A stretch of DNA of 64,000 bases from Aulosira sp. ZfuVER01. Its GTDB lineage: Bacteria; Cyanobacteriota; Cyanobacteriia; Cyanobacteriales; Nostocaceae. The notes below the pieces were generated by a model. The model did not search any database. It had not been told where the DNA came from and saw only the letters and a list, made by a program, of their open reading frames with translations. This document shows positions 1 to 11,579 of this stretch, one piece after another; position 1 is the first letter of the stretch; every line of letters starts with the position of its first letter. Location: NCBI GenBank assembly GCA_034530615.2, contig JAVRCV020000053.1:81048-145047 (forward strand), written 5' to 3'. Position numbers and translations under genes: made by a program.

Positions 1-148
1 CGGGTGCTAATAGCAACAATCCAAAAATAAACAGCAATGAATTCACTAACCAGCCCAAGCCTAAAGATGCCAGCAACCAAAAAACTGCTAACAACGTGAG
101 CCAAGGGCGAAAATTTTCAAGATAGGATGGAAAAGATTTAAGGCTCAT
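1..148 (-). CDS. Partial CDS (5' end), hydrophobic membrane protein, runs off the left edge
   Basis: Manual translation from ATG at 148: MSLKSFPSYLENFRPWLTLLAVFWLLASLGLGWLVNSLLFIFGLLLLAP..., open to the window edge. Confidence 0.7.
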   Translation of the reverse strand, partial: MSLKSFPSYLENFRPWLTLLAVFWLLASLGLGWLVNSLLFIFGLLLLAP

Positions 149-204
149 TTTTTAAATGTCGTGTTGCTCTCTTTCTAGGATAGCGAGTTTAGGGAAGAGT
201 CAAT

Positions 205-290
205 CAGGGGGATGAGGGAGTGTGGGGAGTGTGAGAAGTGTGGGGAAGAAGAGGGGGACAAGGGGGACAAATGACTATTGACTATTGACT
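205..290. repeat. Short tandem repeats (GGGGAGTGT-like, AGGGGGACA x2, TGACTAT x3)
   Basis: Directly visible 7-9-mer tandem units typical of Nostocales intergenic regions. Confidence 0.8.
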
Positions 291-1436
291 CTTCAGAGTA
301 ACTCTTGCAGCCGTTTTTGCAAAGCATCTATGCCGAAAAGTGCGATCGCTTGTTCTCGCAACCAATGCCCATCACAACGTTGATCTGTTCCTGTGAGTAT
401 TTCTATACAAGCTGCGGCTACAGCATTAACATCGCGGTGGGGAACTCGCCAGCCTAAGTTCCCATCTTGCAAGGGGTCTGCTGACCCATCATCGTCACCA
501 GATAACACTGGTATGCCACAAGCCATTGCTTCTAAATAAACAATGCCAAAGCCTTCTTGGGAAGGCATAATGTAGGCATCGGCAAGGCGATAGTGTGCCA
601 TTAATTCTTCTGTAGCAACAAAACCTGCAAAAATTACGCGATCGCTCACACCTAAATCTTTTGCGAGTTGAGCTAATCGGGGTTGGTCATCGCCGCGACC
701 AATGACTAAGTATTTTACTTCTGGGAAAACTTGCAGAATTTGCGGTAATGCTCGAATTGTGACATCCACACCTTTATAAATATCCCCTGACCATAACCGC
801 GCTACAGTCATCAAAACTCTGGCATTGCTTAAGCCGTACTTGGCTATGAGTTCAGGCTGCTTGGGTCCAGGGGTAAATTTATTCCCATCAATAGCACAGG
901 GTAGTATTTTTACTAGATTCGGGTCAATAAAATTAGCCGCACAGCTGCGATCGCGACTGTAGCGGCTAATTGTCCAAATCCCTGATGCCGATGTGAGTGC
1001 GTGACGTTCTCTGGTGTTCAGCGGTTCCCACACTTCTTTACCGTAAGTTAAGATTGTGTAAGGAATCCCCAATGGCTGGCAAAGAGTTTGTATGAGACTT
1101 GCTAAATTGATGTGACCGCAAAAAACGTGTTGGGGACGTTGTAGCAGCAAACACTTCAGCAGCGCCAAAGTCATTTTTAATCGGCCAATTTGGGGAGATT
1201 GATTTTTAAAACCATAAAATTTTAAATTTTCTGATTCCCACAGATGTGAAGAGTTTGGACTATCTCGCAGTACAAATACTTCTGCTTTATAGTCCGCACC
1301 CAATTTTTGATAGGCGCGAAAAATATCTTTAACATAAGACTGAATTCCACCTTCGTGTACAAAAACTTCTAAGAACACGAATACATGGTTAGTTTTGCAA
1401 TTAAGTTTATTAGCTAGACTGAGATTTTCGCTCACT

Positions 1437-1982
<546 letters not shown>

Positions 1983-2029
1983 TTAGGAGAAGAATTCTCA
2001 AATAACCTGCAAGTTGAGATATTCTTCCC

Positions 2030-2473
2030 CTAATGCTGTCCCTCTACAGCATATTTAACAATCAGCAAACAATTTCTACCATCCGAACCCCGTTGGTAGA
2101 CAACACGATCGGCCAAGCGTCTCAGTAGAAACCATCCATAGCCTCCTACTTGAAGAGTACCTGGTTTTGGCTCGGCGATCGCATCAGGATTAAAAGGTTG
2201 CCCATAATCCCAAATTCTCATTTCCAACCTATCAATCCATAAGCAAACCTCAATCTCTATCGTTGTTTCTGGCGGTAATGCCGAGTGAGCATGACGAACT
2301 GCGTTAGTAAAGCCTTCTGCTAATGCTAAGTTAAGCCGATAGAGTTGGGTTTGTGACCAGCCAAGTTGAGACAAATTTTGCCGACAAAATTGCTCAAACC
2401 ATTGTTGCACTTGGTTAAGGAGCTTTAATTCGCTCTTCACCGTCAGATGGTCGTGCTGCACTATGCTAAGCAT
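2030..2473 (-). CDS. Anti-sigma regulatory factor / RsbW-like HATPase
   Basis: LALAEGFTNAVRHAH N-box, IWDYG G1 box, GGYGWFL G2 box. Confidence 0.85.
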   Translation of the reverse strand: MLSIVQHDHLTVKSELKLLNQVQQWFEQFCRQNLSQLGWSQTQLYRLNLALAEGFTNAVRHAHSALPPETTIEIEVCLWIDRLEMRIWDYGQPFNPDAIAEPKPGTLQVGGYGWFLLRRLADRVVYQRGSDGRNCLLIVKYAVEGQH

Positions 2474-2766
2474 TGACCTTGACTTGAATATTTAATAAGT
2501 GATGAGTATATGACAAATATCTGTATTTTTGGTACTAGTGGGTTTTTAGATTTTGGAAGAGCTTGTGAATCCAAAACTAAATATCCAAAATGCAACCTGG
2601 ATCGTAAAAAATTGACGCCTGTTAATTTTTTTCACAAGCACATATTACCAGAAGTATGAGCGATGGCTTTCACCTGCGTCACCCAAAGGGCGAGTGTTTC
2701 ATCCATCATAAATTCGGTATATGCTATTGAAAATTACAGGCGTCAACGTGCTTTTTGGTGACTAAT

Positions 2767-3249
2767 TTAGAACAGTCCCAAAGTCAAAGATTTGTCTAAT
2801 GGTAAGGCAGCACCAATACCTAACCACAGAGTTACGAGTGTCCCAAATAGGAACACTGTGGTTGCAACGGGACGACGGAAGGGGTTTTGGAACTTGTTGA
2901 CGTTCTCAATAAAAGGAACGAGTATAAGTCCCAAAGGTACGGAAGCCATCGCTAACACTCCTAAGAGTTTGTTAGGAAGCGATCGCAAAATTTGGAATAC
3001 TGGGTACAAGTACCACTCTGGCAAAATTTCCAAAGGTGTGGCAAAAGGATTGGCTGGTTCGCCGTTCATTGCTGGGTCTAGCACTGCTAGAGCTACAATG
3101 CAAGCGAACGATCCCATAATTACGATGGGAAATACGTAAAGTAGGTCATTAGGCCAAGCTGGTTCGCCATAGTAGTTATGGCCCATACCTTTGGCTAATT
3201 TTTCTCTGAGGATAGGATCGCTCAGATCGGGTTTTTTCTGTGTTGACAT
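2767..3249 (-). CDS. petD: Cytochrome b6f subunit IV
   Basis: [26 protein letters not shown] and PEWY motifs; 160 aa. Confidence 0.99.
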   Translation of the reverse strand: MSTQKKPDLSDPILREKLAKGMGHNYYGEPAWPNDLLYVFPIVIMGSFACIVALAVLDPAMNGEPANPFATPLEILPEWYLYPVFQILRSLPNKLLGVLAMASVPLGLILVPFIENVNKFQNPFRRPVATTVFLFGTLVTLWLGIGAALPLDKSLTLGLF

Positions 3250-3487
3250 TTTTAAATATGCTCTCCTGCTTAAGTTGAGTTAAAGCATTTGTGAAAGCCA
3301 TCAGCTATCAGGCAACCCTATCCTGCGGCCAGCCAAGCTGTACGTGTCTGTGGGTTAGCCGCTAGGAGGGTTTCTGGTGCTGTCAGCTTCAGATATCAAG
3401 TTTTGTTGTTCTCATTGTTCTTCAGTTTAAAACAAACAACTCGATCTTGAAACTGACTGCGGTTGCCTGTTCGCGCTCAGGCTGAAA

Positions 3488-4135
3488 TTACAAAGGACCA
3501 GAAATGCCTTGTTTGCGAATCATCAAGAAGTGGAACAGCATGAAGACCGCAATCAACCACGGCAGAACAAAGGTGTGGGCGCTGTAGTAGCGGGTTAGGG
3601 TCGCTTGACCGACGCTAGAACCACCACGTAGCAGGTCGGAGATCAGAACACCAACCACGGGAATTGCTTCTGGAACGCCGCTCACGATTTTCACAGCCCA
3701 GTAGCCAACTTGATCCCAAGGTAGTGAGTAACCTGTCACGCCAAAGGAAACGGTGATTACAGCCAGGATGACGCCACTTACCCAAGTCAATTCGCGGGGC
3801 TTTTTGAAACCACCTGTCAGGTAAACGCGAAAGACGTGCAAAATCATCATCAGCACCATCATGCTGGCAGACCAGCGGTGAATGGAGCGAATCAACCAGC
3901 CGAAGTTTACTTCTGTCATGATGTACTGCACTGAGGAGTAAGCTTCAGCGACAGTTGGCTTGTAGTAGAACGTCATGGCAAATCCAGTCGCAAACTGGAT
4001 TAGGAAGCAAACCAGGGTAATGCCACCTAGGCAGTAAAAGATGTTGACGTGGGGAGGAACGTACTTGCTAGTAACATCATCAGCGAGTGCTTGAATTTCC
4101 AAGCGCTCCTCAAACCAGTCGTAAACGTTGGCCAT
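3488..4135 (-). CDS. petB: Cytochrome b6
   Basis: [36 protein letters not shown]; 215 aa. Confidence 0.99.
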   Translation of the reverse strand: MANVYDWFEERLEIQALADDVTSKYVPPHVNIFYCLGGITLVCFLIQFATGFAMTFYYKPTVAEAYSSVQYIMTEVNFGWLIRSIHRWSASMMVLMMILHVFRVYLTGGFKKPRELTWVSGVILAVITVSFGVTGYSLPWDQVGYWAVKIVSGVPEAIPVVGVLISDLLRGGSSVGQATLTRYYSAHTFVLPWLIAVFMLFHFLMIRKQGISGPL

Positions 4136-4503
4136 ACAATCTCAAGTTCCTAAAAATCAGTTGCGGTTGATCAATCTCCCAATTAGCAATTTTGGGATTT
4201 TAACAAAGAGGAGTTTGCTTGTTTGCTTTTGAAGCTTCAGAGTGATAAGACTTTTAATAAACTTAACACTCTGTAAACATATTATGTATTGCGTTTTCAG
4301 GGCAAACCAACACGATGAATATTGGTCACAAAGTAGATCTTATCGTTTGTTGAGTGGTATGCAACCCAATCAGCTGACTTAACAACTTGATTAAGACCAA
4401 TGCACCACTTCTATAAAAAAAGTAACATAGTCGAGAGATAGATTTCATCAAAAACAAAGCAACTGGGCAGTTCTAGGCAATTTGGGTTGAGGTGGAATTC
4501 AAG

Positions 4504-5760
4504 ATGGGCTTGTTCATGAACAAAAAGGTTTTTCGGCTGGGATTTTCATTGCTAATGGCAGTTTGGCTGGCACTGGGCACACTTATCCAACCAGCAGCGG
4601 CTTTGACAGATGAGCAAAAACTGATATCAGAGGTTTGGCGAATTGTCAATCGAACTTATCTAGATGAAACGTTTAATCATCAAAACTGGGCAACGGTGCG
4701 GCAAAAGGCTTTGGAGAAGCCAATCAAAAACCAGGAAGCCGCTTATGCAGCAATTCAGAATATGCTCAAAAGCTTGGACGACCCCTTTACCCGTTTTTTA
4801 GACCCAGAACAGTACCGTAGTTTACAGGTCAATACTTCTGGCGAACTAACAGGGGTGGGTTTACAAATTGCCCTTGACCCGGAAACTGGGAGGTTGGAAG
4901 TAGTCGCACCCATAGCAGGTTCACCAGCAGACAAAGCCGGAATTAGACCACGCGATCGCATTGTCAAAATTGAGGGTGTCTCTACAGAAAATCTGACATT
5001 AGACGAAGCTGCTGCTAAAATGCGCGGGCCAATTGGCAGTCTAGTGACGCTGTTAATCGCACGGGATGGCGAGGGAGAAAAGGAATTGAGGGTGATGCGC
5101 GATCGCATTGCTTTAAACCCTGTAGTCGCAGAAATGCGCGTTACCCCACAAGGTACACCCATTGGCTACCTGCGCCTGAATCAGTTTAATGCCAACGCCT
5201 CAATGGAAGTGGCACACGCCATTACTAGTCTAGAAAAAAAAGGTGCGGCTGCCTATATTTTAGATTTACGCAATAATCCTGGGGGGCTATTGCAAGCAGG
5301 CATTGAAATCGCTCGGTTGTGGTTAGACTCTGGCACCATAGTTTACACCGTCAATCGCCAGGGAATTCAAGGCAGTTTTGAGGCATCTGGCCCAGCACTG
5401 ACACCAGATCCATTAGTTATTTTAGTCAATCAAGGAACTGCCAGTGCCAGTGAAATTCTCGCGGGTGCATTACAAGATAATGGTCGTGCCCAGCTAGTAG
5501 GCGAAACTACTTTTGGTAAAGGTTTGATTCAGTCCTTGTTTGAATTATCAGATGGTTCTGGCTTGGCAGTAACAATTGCTAAGTATGAAACACCTCAACA
5601 TCGAGATATTAACAAGCTAGGTATCAAACCAGACAAAGTAATTTCTCAAGAGGCTATTACCCGCGAACAGATTGCTACAGAAGCAGATCAACAATATCAA
5701 GCAGCAGTGGAATTGTTAACGAAAAATTCAGTAGTAGCGGGATTGGGACATGGGGCATAA
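4504..5760 (+). CDS. ctpA: Carboxyl-terminal processing protease (S41, PDZ domain)
   Basis: DLRNNPGG, TASASEI and GKGLIQ motifs; signal peptide; divergent from petB as commonly seen in cyanobacteria. Confidence 0.9.
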   Translation: MGLFMNKKVFRLGFSLLMAVWLALGTLIQPAAALTDEQKLISEVWRIVNRTYLDETFNHQNWATVRQKALEKPIKNQEAAYAAIQNMLKSLDDPFTRFLDPEQYRSLQVNTSGELTGVGLQIALDPETGRLEVVAPIAGSPADKAGIRPRDRIVKIEGVSTENLTLDEAAAKMRGPIGSLVTLLIARDGEGEKELRVMRDRIALNPVVAEMRVTPQGTPIGYLRLNQFNANASMEVAHAITSLEKKGAAAYILDLRNNPGGLLQAGIEIARLWLDSGTIVYTVNRQGIQGSFEASGPALTPDPLVILVNQGTASASEILAGALQDNGRAQLVGETTFGKGLIQSLFELSDGSGLAVTIAKYETPQHRDINKLGIKPDKVISQEAITREQIATEADQQYQAAVELLTKNSVVAGLGHGA

Positions 5761-5806
5761 GGCAGAGGAATAGGGTCTAAATTTTATGTAGCATCAAAGA
5801 CGAATA

Positions 5807-6007
5807 ATGACTGAAGATAACGAGCCTGAGAGACGATCGGGGGAGGATTGGGACTGGCGAACGGAAACCAGGGATTGGTCAGCCGCAGCATCAGAGCTGG
5901 CTTGCTTTTCTCTGGCTAGGATGAAGGACAAGGATTTAATCGAAATCATTGACACTAAGCGAGGCTTACTTAGGTATATATGTATATTTAGGGTTAAAAA
6001 ATCATGA
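5807..6007 (+). CDS. Hypothetical protein, 66 aa
   Basis: ORF overlaps the next ORF by ATGA; protein-like composition. Confidence 0.6.
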   Translation: MTEDNEPERRSGEDWDWRTETRDWSAAASELACFSLARMKDKDLIEIIDTKRGLLRYICIFRVKKS

Positions 6008-6255
6008 CAGAAGCACAATTAACAGCTACTCAGATACCAATAAATGAACTAATAGATATGCTGGCAGCTATTGGTAACAAAGACTACGCTCAATTTCAAG
6101 AGCTAGAGCAAGCTTTTGTTTCCCAACATGGGGAGGAAGTTTGGGAGCAAGTTTTTAACTTTCGCGTTTTACCTGCGCTAGACGAGCCTGCTAATCAATG
6201 GCTATTAATGCAGTGGATGAGTCACGGTATCAACAGCATAAAAACAGTGGCTTAG
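6004..6255 (+). CDS. Hypothetical protein, 83 aa
   Basis: Translationally coupled to the previous ORF; predicted helical and acidic. Confidence 0.65.
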   Translation: MTEAQLTATQIPINELIDMLAAIGNKDYAQFQELEQAFVSQHGEEVWEQVFNFRVLPALDEPANQWLLMQWMSHGINSIKTVA

Positions 6256-6292
6256 GTGGGTAAAATCCCTGCTTCCTCATACCCCTCATCCT

Positions 6293-6979
6293 TCATAAAA
6301 GCGCTTGCATTTGACGCAAAGCTTGTAAATCTAAAGAGGCAAGATGCTGGTAAGCTTGAGCGATCGCACCTTTGCCTCTCAGATAACCTGTATTTGCACC
6401 GGGACAAATATACTCAAGAGTTTCTGGTGTAAAGCGTTCTAAGAGGTACTGAAGACTATTAATTTGTCGCGGCCAGTGAAAAGTTTTGGCTGTGCGTAAT
6501 GGAACTGGTTCACCCTGTTGCTTGGGAACTAAATGGCGTCCTGAAAATAACACACCTCCAAGTTGACTGTAGTATAGGCAAGATGAGCCAGGAGAATGAC
6601 CTGGTGTCCAAATTATTTTAATTTCTGAATCTAAAATGAGTTCTTGGGCAAAAGTAGTTACAGTTAATTCTGGTAATAAATAAGCTTCTTGCTCTTGAAT
6701 TACAACCTCGCAACCCAAGGTTGGCTGGAGTTCTGCTGTTTTGCCAATAGCACCGCGATGGGTAAGAAATAGCCAGCGCACACCGCCATGCGATCGCAAA
6801 AAATCCAGATTCGTTTGTTCTAAAGCAGGGCAATCTATCAGGATATTGCTTTCATTTCTTACAATAAAATAAGAGGTTCCCCCTAATGTGTCCCGATTGG
6901 GTGGAAAAGCATAAATACTATTCAGCACAGTCCGTGGTGGCTTAACTGTATGATTTGGCTGTTGGGGTGAGGGGCACAT
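6293..6979 (-). CDS. MBL-fold metallo-hydrolase
   Basis: LFLTHR, TPGHSPGS and LFSG motifs. Confidence 0.85.
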   Translation of the reverse strand: MCPSPQQPNHTVKPPRTVLNSIYAFPPNRDTLGGTSYFIVRNESNILIDCPALEQTNLDFLRSHGGVRWLFLTHRGAIGKTAELQPTLGCEVVIQEQEAYLLPELTVTTFAQELILDSEIKIIWTPGHSPGSSCLYYSQLGGVLFSGRHLVPKQQGEPVPLRTAKTFHWPRQINSLQYLLERFTPETLEYICPGANTGYLRGKGAIAQAYQHLASLDLQALRQMQALL

Positions 6980-7140
6980 GAGAAAAACACCGAAAATTAG
7001 GAGTTGCCGAGAATTTGGTTGCAGAGTTCAACTGCTGTTAACCGTTGTAGAAAAGATTGGGGTTTTATAGTCTGGCTGGTAGTGAAAGCTGTGGTGCTGA
7101 CTCTACGAGTAGGACATTTTTTCAAATTACCGAAGAACAA

Positions 7141-8619
7141 ATGACATTTTGGTTTCTCCTCCTACTGGGACTAGCTACTTATCTAATGGTGCAGCGTGTC
7201 GTCGCACATAGCACTCAGACACCTGTCTGGTTGTTGTGGCTAGTTTTAATGACACCAGCATTTTTGTTGACCGGATGGACGTTATTATATGGGGCGAAAC
7301 AACCGCCGCCTTCATCACTGATCCTCTGGTCGTCAATTATCTGCATTTTGTTATACTGGCTGTTATTTCAATGGGGACGGCGATCGCCCAGAGATAAACA
7401 GACTGAACCTCAAGCTATAGAATCACAATCGGTTATTAATCCTACCGCAGAACCAGTAAAAGTGCGTCCCATTGAGCCAACGGAAGAAACCCAGCTGCGA
7501 AATTGTTTTCCCTGGTCTACATACTACATTCAAAACATTGAGTATCGACCCCAGGCGGTAATTTGTCGCGGTCAGTTAAGAACTGCACCAAGTCAAGCCT
7601 ACCAACAAATTAAGTCTAATATCGAAGCACAATTTGGCGATCGCTTTTTGCTGATATTTCAAGAAGGTGCCAATAGTAAACCTTTCTTTGTGCTTGTTCC
7701 CAATCCTCAAGCTGCAAAACAGGTCAATTCCAGTAACCAAGAACAGTTAACACGCCCAGGATTAGCACTCTTGCTTTTAGTAGCTACTTTGGTAACTACT
7801 ACCATAGTGGGAACTAAACTTGCTGGTGTCGATCTCAAAGTATTAGAATCCCAACCCAATATTTTGCTTCAGGGATTGCCCTATGCTTTAGGACTCATGA
7901 CTATTTTGGGTATCCACGAACTTGGTCACTATTTGACAGCTAGGTACTACAAAATTCGTGCCACACTGCCCTATTTTATCCCCGTGCCTTTTTTCTTAGG
8001 AACATTTGGGGCATTTATTCAAATGCGCAGCCCTATTCCTAATCGCAAAGCTTTATTTGATGTTAGTATTGCCGGGCCAATTGCAGGTTTTATTGTTACT
8101 TTACCTTTATTAATCTGGGGTTTAGCTCACTCTGATGTAGTTGCTTTGAGTCCAAAAACCGGGCCGTTAAACCCCGATGCCCTCAATCCCAAATATTCCA
8201 TTTTGCTAGCACTACTCTCGAAATTAGCACTGGGAAATTCATTAACTTCAACATCAGCTATTGACTTACATCCAGTTGCAGTTGCAGGTTTTTTAGGGCT
8301 AATTGTGACTGCATTAAATTTGATGCCTGTGGGACAATTAGACGGGGGTCATATTGTCCACGCCATTTTTGGACAGAGAACCGCGATCGCAATTGGTCAA
8401 ATGGCACGCTTGCTGCTGCTATTACTTTCTTTTATCCAGGTAGAATATTTCGTTTGGGCAATCATCTTATTACTCATACCCTTGGTTGATGAACCTGCTC
8501 TCAACGATGTTACAGAACTGGACAATAAACGCGATATTTTGGGTTTGTTATCAATGGCTTTGTTGGTGATGATTGTACTGCCACTACCCCAGGCGATCGC
8601 TAACCTATTGCAGATTTAA
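7141..8619 (+). CDS. Site-2 protease (M50) family
   Basis: HELGH and NLMPVGQLDGG motifs; ATG at 7141 preferred over the upstream TTG. Confidence 0.92.
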   Translation: MTFWFLLLLGLATYLMVQRVVAHSTQTPVWLLWLVLMTPAFLLTGWTLLYGAKQPPPSSLILWSSIICILLYWLLFQWGRRSPRDKQTEPQAIESQSVINPTAEPVKVRPIEPTEETQLRNCFPWSTYYIQNIEYRPQAVICRGQLRTAPSQAYQQIKSNIEAQFGDRFLLIFQEGANSKPFFVLVPNPQAAKQVNSSNQEQLTRPGLALLLLVATLVTTTIVGTKLAGVDLKVLESQPNILLQGLPYALGLMTILGIHELGHYLTARYYKIRATLPYFIPVPFFLGTFGAFIQMRSPIPNRKALFDVSIAGPIAGFIVTLPLLIWGLAHSDVVALSPKTGPLNPDALNPKYSILLALLSKLALGNSLTSTSAIDLHPVAVAGFLGLIVTALNLMPVGQLDGGHIVHAIFGQRTAIAIGQMARLLLLLLSFIQVEYFVWAIILLLIPLVDEPALNDVTELDNKRDILGLLSMALLVMIVLPLPQAIANLLQI

Positions 8620-8831
8620 ATATTTGAGTCAGTCGGAAGATTCTAACCCCTGATGAGAAAACGCTTACGAGCAACAGCGACAACTGGATTATTTATCTGT
8701 AGACGCTTAATCTACAGAGTTGAGCAGTAAATATTGTTGGGGAAATGGGAGTAGCATTAGAGATAAATGCGATCGCTAATAATTATTTCCCCAATGTTTC
8801 GCTAGCAATGACTGTAAATATCTTCAGAAAT

Positions 8832-10355
8832 CTACTTATAACAATACGAACATTTTCTAACCTGGCTATTAGTTGTTTGGCTCTTTAACTGCTCAATCAC
8901 AGCAAAACGAATATCTCGTTTTTCGGCAATCAGCTTAATTCCCGGTTGTTGAAGATTTAAGAAATCTAATCCTTTTTCTTTGCCACTAATTAAGAAGTCA
9001 TTAATAGCAACTTTGTAAATTCTTTTCGGGTCAATTTTTCGGTCTTTAATCACCCAATCTCCTGAACTTGGTGCTTGACTAACATTAGCTGTTTGCAAAT
9101 AGCCACCAGTACCTTGATTGATTTGTCCTTGAGCCAATACTCTTTTCAACAACGTACCATTTATCTCTACCGCTACAACTTTGCCGCCGAAAGGTAATAT
9201 CCGAATTACATCATATTGGGTAATTGGGCCTGGTGGAATGACATCATCAACCCGAATTGAACCACCATTAAATATAGCTAAATCCGCATCTGGTACTTCC
9301 TTCAACATCGCCGCTGCAATTAACTCTGTGAGTTGGGTGGATTTGTTACGGACGCTAGATTCTAAACCATCTAAAGCAAAGGACAATTTTGCAACTTCTT
9401 GATTTGGCTCAAAACCATTGGCACGAAAGGCCTGATAACCTTTTTCTAGCCATTCCTTAACTATCATTGCAGTTTTGGGTTCGTCGGGAATTTTCTCAAT
9501 AATTGGTACTAGTCGAGAGTTAATCTGGAGGCTTTTTTTGATAGTGTCGTAGCTTAATTGGTGAACGTATACTGTACGCGCATTAGCATCTGCTTTAAAA
9601 ATTGGTGTAAAGTCTCGACCCCGCCATTGCTGGATATTTTCATGCTCGTGCCCACCAAGAATGATATCAATTTCTGGTATCGTTTCTGCGAGTATGCGAT
9701 CACTTCCAATTGGCAGGTGAGTGATAGCAACTACAATATCAACTTTACCCTTGAGTGCCTTCACCTGTTGTTTGGCTGTTTCAATGGGATCGGTATAACT
9801 AACATAACTAGGCTGATTACTATTGAGAGTCAGGCCAATTAACCCTACCCTGACCACAGCACCGCGATCGCCTTTGACATTAAATATTATCGATCGCGGC
9901 ACACCTTTGAAAGGCTGCCCTTTGCTATCTGATACATTACCCGAAACCCAGCGAAAGCGAGATTCTTGCAAGCGTTGATAGAAAAGGTTTTCCGGTAAGT
10001 CAAATTCATGATTGCCAAAAGTTGCGTAGTCAAAGCCTACAGCATTCATTACAGCTACCATTTGCTGTCCAGCTAGCGGTGTACCGTTAATTTTGGCAGT
10101 TCCTAAAGCCGAAGGACTAAAAGCATCCCCTGCTAATACCGTGTATGTACGAGGGTTTGCTTTGTAAAGTTGTTGTCGCAAGGTAGCGACACGCGCCAAA
10201 CCGCCGCGAGTTCCACCTTCCACTGGTGTAATTTCGTAAATGTCATTGAGTTGCAGCAAGTTAATATTCACGATTTCTGCCATTACAGGAGTAGCTAAAG
10301 CTACCGTTGCTAACACCTGTAAAACTAAGCCACAACTCTTCCAGATGAGTTTCAT
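8832..10355 (-). CDS. Secreted 5'-nucleotidase / metallophosphoesterase
   Basis: NDIYE, AGD, GNHEFD, GGHEH and NGGSIR motifs; signal peptide. Confidence 0.92.
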   Translation of the reverse strand: MKLIWKSCGLVLQVLATVALATPVMAEIVNINLLQLNDIYEITPVEGGTRGGLARVATLRQQLYKANPRTYTVLAGDAFSPSALGTAKINGTPLAGQQMVAVMNAVGFDYATFGNHEFDLPENLFYQRLQESRFRWVSGNVSDSKGQPFKGVPRSIIFNVKGDRGAVVRVGLIGLTLNSNQPSYVSYTDPIETAKQQVKALKGKVDIVVAITHLPIGSDRILAETIPEIDIILGGHEHENIQQWRGRDFTPIFKADANARTVYVHQLSYDTIKKSLQINSRLVPIIEKIPDEPKTAMIVKEWLEKGYQAFRANGFEPNQEVAKLSFALDGLESSVRNKSTQLTELIAAAMLKEVPDADLAIFNGGSIRVDDVIPPGPITQYDVIRILPFGGKVVAVEINGTLLKRVLAQGQINQGTGGYLQTANVSQAPSSGDWVIKDRKIDPKRIYKVAINDFLISGKEKGLDFLNLQQPGIKLIAEKRDIRFAVIEQLKSQTTNSQVRKCSYCYK

Positions 10356-10416
10356 TTTTAGCTGGGAATCCCTTATAATCTACGGAATTGATTTTAAGGG
10401 TTTTTATCGTTGTTAT

Positions 10417-11055
10417 ATGCACTCTAGCACTGAGCAAATAGAAACTAAAAAATCAACCATAGCCATTATGATTCTGGCTGCGGGTGCATCTACTCGTATG
10501 GGTACACCAAAACAGCTATTGCTCTACCAAGGACAGAGTTTGGTGCAACATATCACAGAAATTGCGATCGCTTCAGTTTGCAACCCTGTGGTAGTCGTAC
10601 TTGGAGCATATTTAGAACAGATTCGCCCCCAAATCAATCACCTTACCGTGAACATCGTTGAGAACTTAGATTGGGCTGGGGGAATGGGTGCTTCCATCAA
10701 CAGCGGTATGCAATTTTTGCAGAATCTACCACAAAACATTGACGCAGTAGTTATTTTAGTTTGCGACCAACCATTTCTTTCACCACAAATTATTAATCAA
10801 CTTGTCGAGGCATATCACTCAACAAAAAAATCTATTATTACTTGTGAATATGCAGGCACATTAGGCGTACCTGCTTTGTTTAGTAATATATTTTTTTCAG
10901 ATCTGGCTGAATTACCAGGAAATACAGGAGCAAAAACAATTATTAAGAACAACCTTGCTCAATTATTTTCCATACCTTTTGATCGGGGAGTCATTGATAT
11001 TGATACCCCACAAGATTATGAGCAATTGCTATCGATGAATAGCAACTCTATGTAA
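10417..11055 (+). CDS. MobA/MocA-like nucleotidyltransferase
   Basis: LAAGASTRMGTPKQLL, CDQP and DIDTPQDY motifs; ATG at 10417. Confidence 0.88.
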   Translation: MHSSTEQIETKKSTIAIMILAAGASTRMGTPKQLLLYQGQSLVQHITEIAIASVCNPVVVVLGAYLEQIRPQINHLTVNIVENLDWAGGMGASINSGMQFLQNLPQNIDAVVILVCDQPFLSPQIINQLVEAYHSTKKSIITCEYAGTLGVPALFSNIFFSDLAELPGNTGAKTIIKNNLAQLFSIPFDRGVIDIDTPQDYEQLLSMNSNSM

Positions 11056-11180
11056 TTTTAAATTCAGTTTCCTTTGTGTCTTAGTGTCTCTGTGGTTTTG
11101 TTGAACCGCCAAGACACTAAGCCAAATCATCAACAATTAAGACATGAAAGCAGATGTTGACCTCTTCTTGATAGGGCTAG

Positions 11181-11579
11181 TTACCATCTGTCATATCTGT
11201 CGTTTCTATAGTATCTGTCATCGTCTCTATCGTATCTGTCATCGTATCTGTCATTTCTGTTGAATCTATCGTTTCTGTTGAATCTATCATTTCTGTTGTT
11301 TCTGCGATCGCGAATTATAAACTGCGCTCGACAACCATTTCTCACCCAGATCCGATTTCCGTTATAGCCCCAATTGTCTTTACAACTGGAGCTAGATAAT
11401 TGCCTGATCAGGCGAACTCTACCTGTTGTAGATACTGAGCAAATATTCCGCCGATTATTATGGCTTTCACAAGTTATGACTTGTTGGGCTGAAGCTGGGC
11501 TAGCAATGCTCAAAACCATACCTAAACTGACACTGGCAACCATAAAGGTAGCAGCAATTGCGGGAAAGCGAGTAATCAT
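11181..11579 (-). CDS. Secreted DUF3011-like protein with an Arg/Asp/Asn repeat tail
   Basis: Signal peptide; ITCES..RQLSSSSC..WGY..IWVRNGCRAQF; tandem RNDRFN/RYDD repeats. Confidence 0.8.
   Translation of the reverse strand: MITRFPAIAATFMVASVSLGMVLSIASPASAQQVITCESHNNRRNICSVSTTGRVRLIRQLSSSSCKDNWGYNGNRIWVRNGCRAQFIIRDRRNNRNDRFNRNDRFNRNDRYDDRYDRDDDRYYRNDRYDRW

Noticed and set aside
4300..4340. c-di-GMP-I riboswitch-like GGGCAAACC...ACAAAG upstream of ctpA
   Set aside because: Lacks the GNRA tetraloop, the GACGCAAAG junction and a convincing second hairpin.
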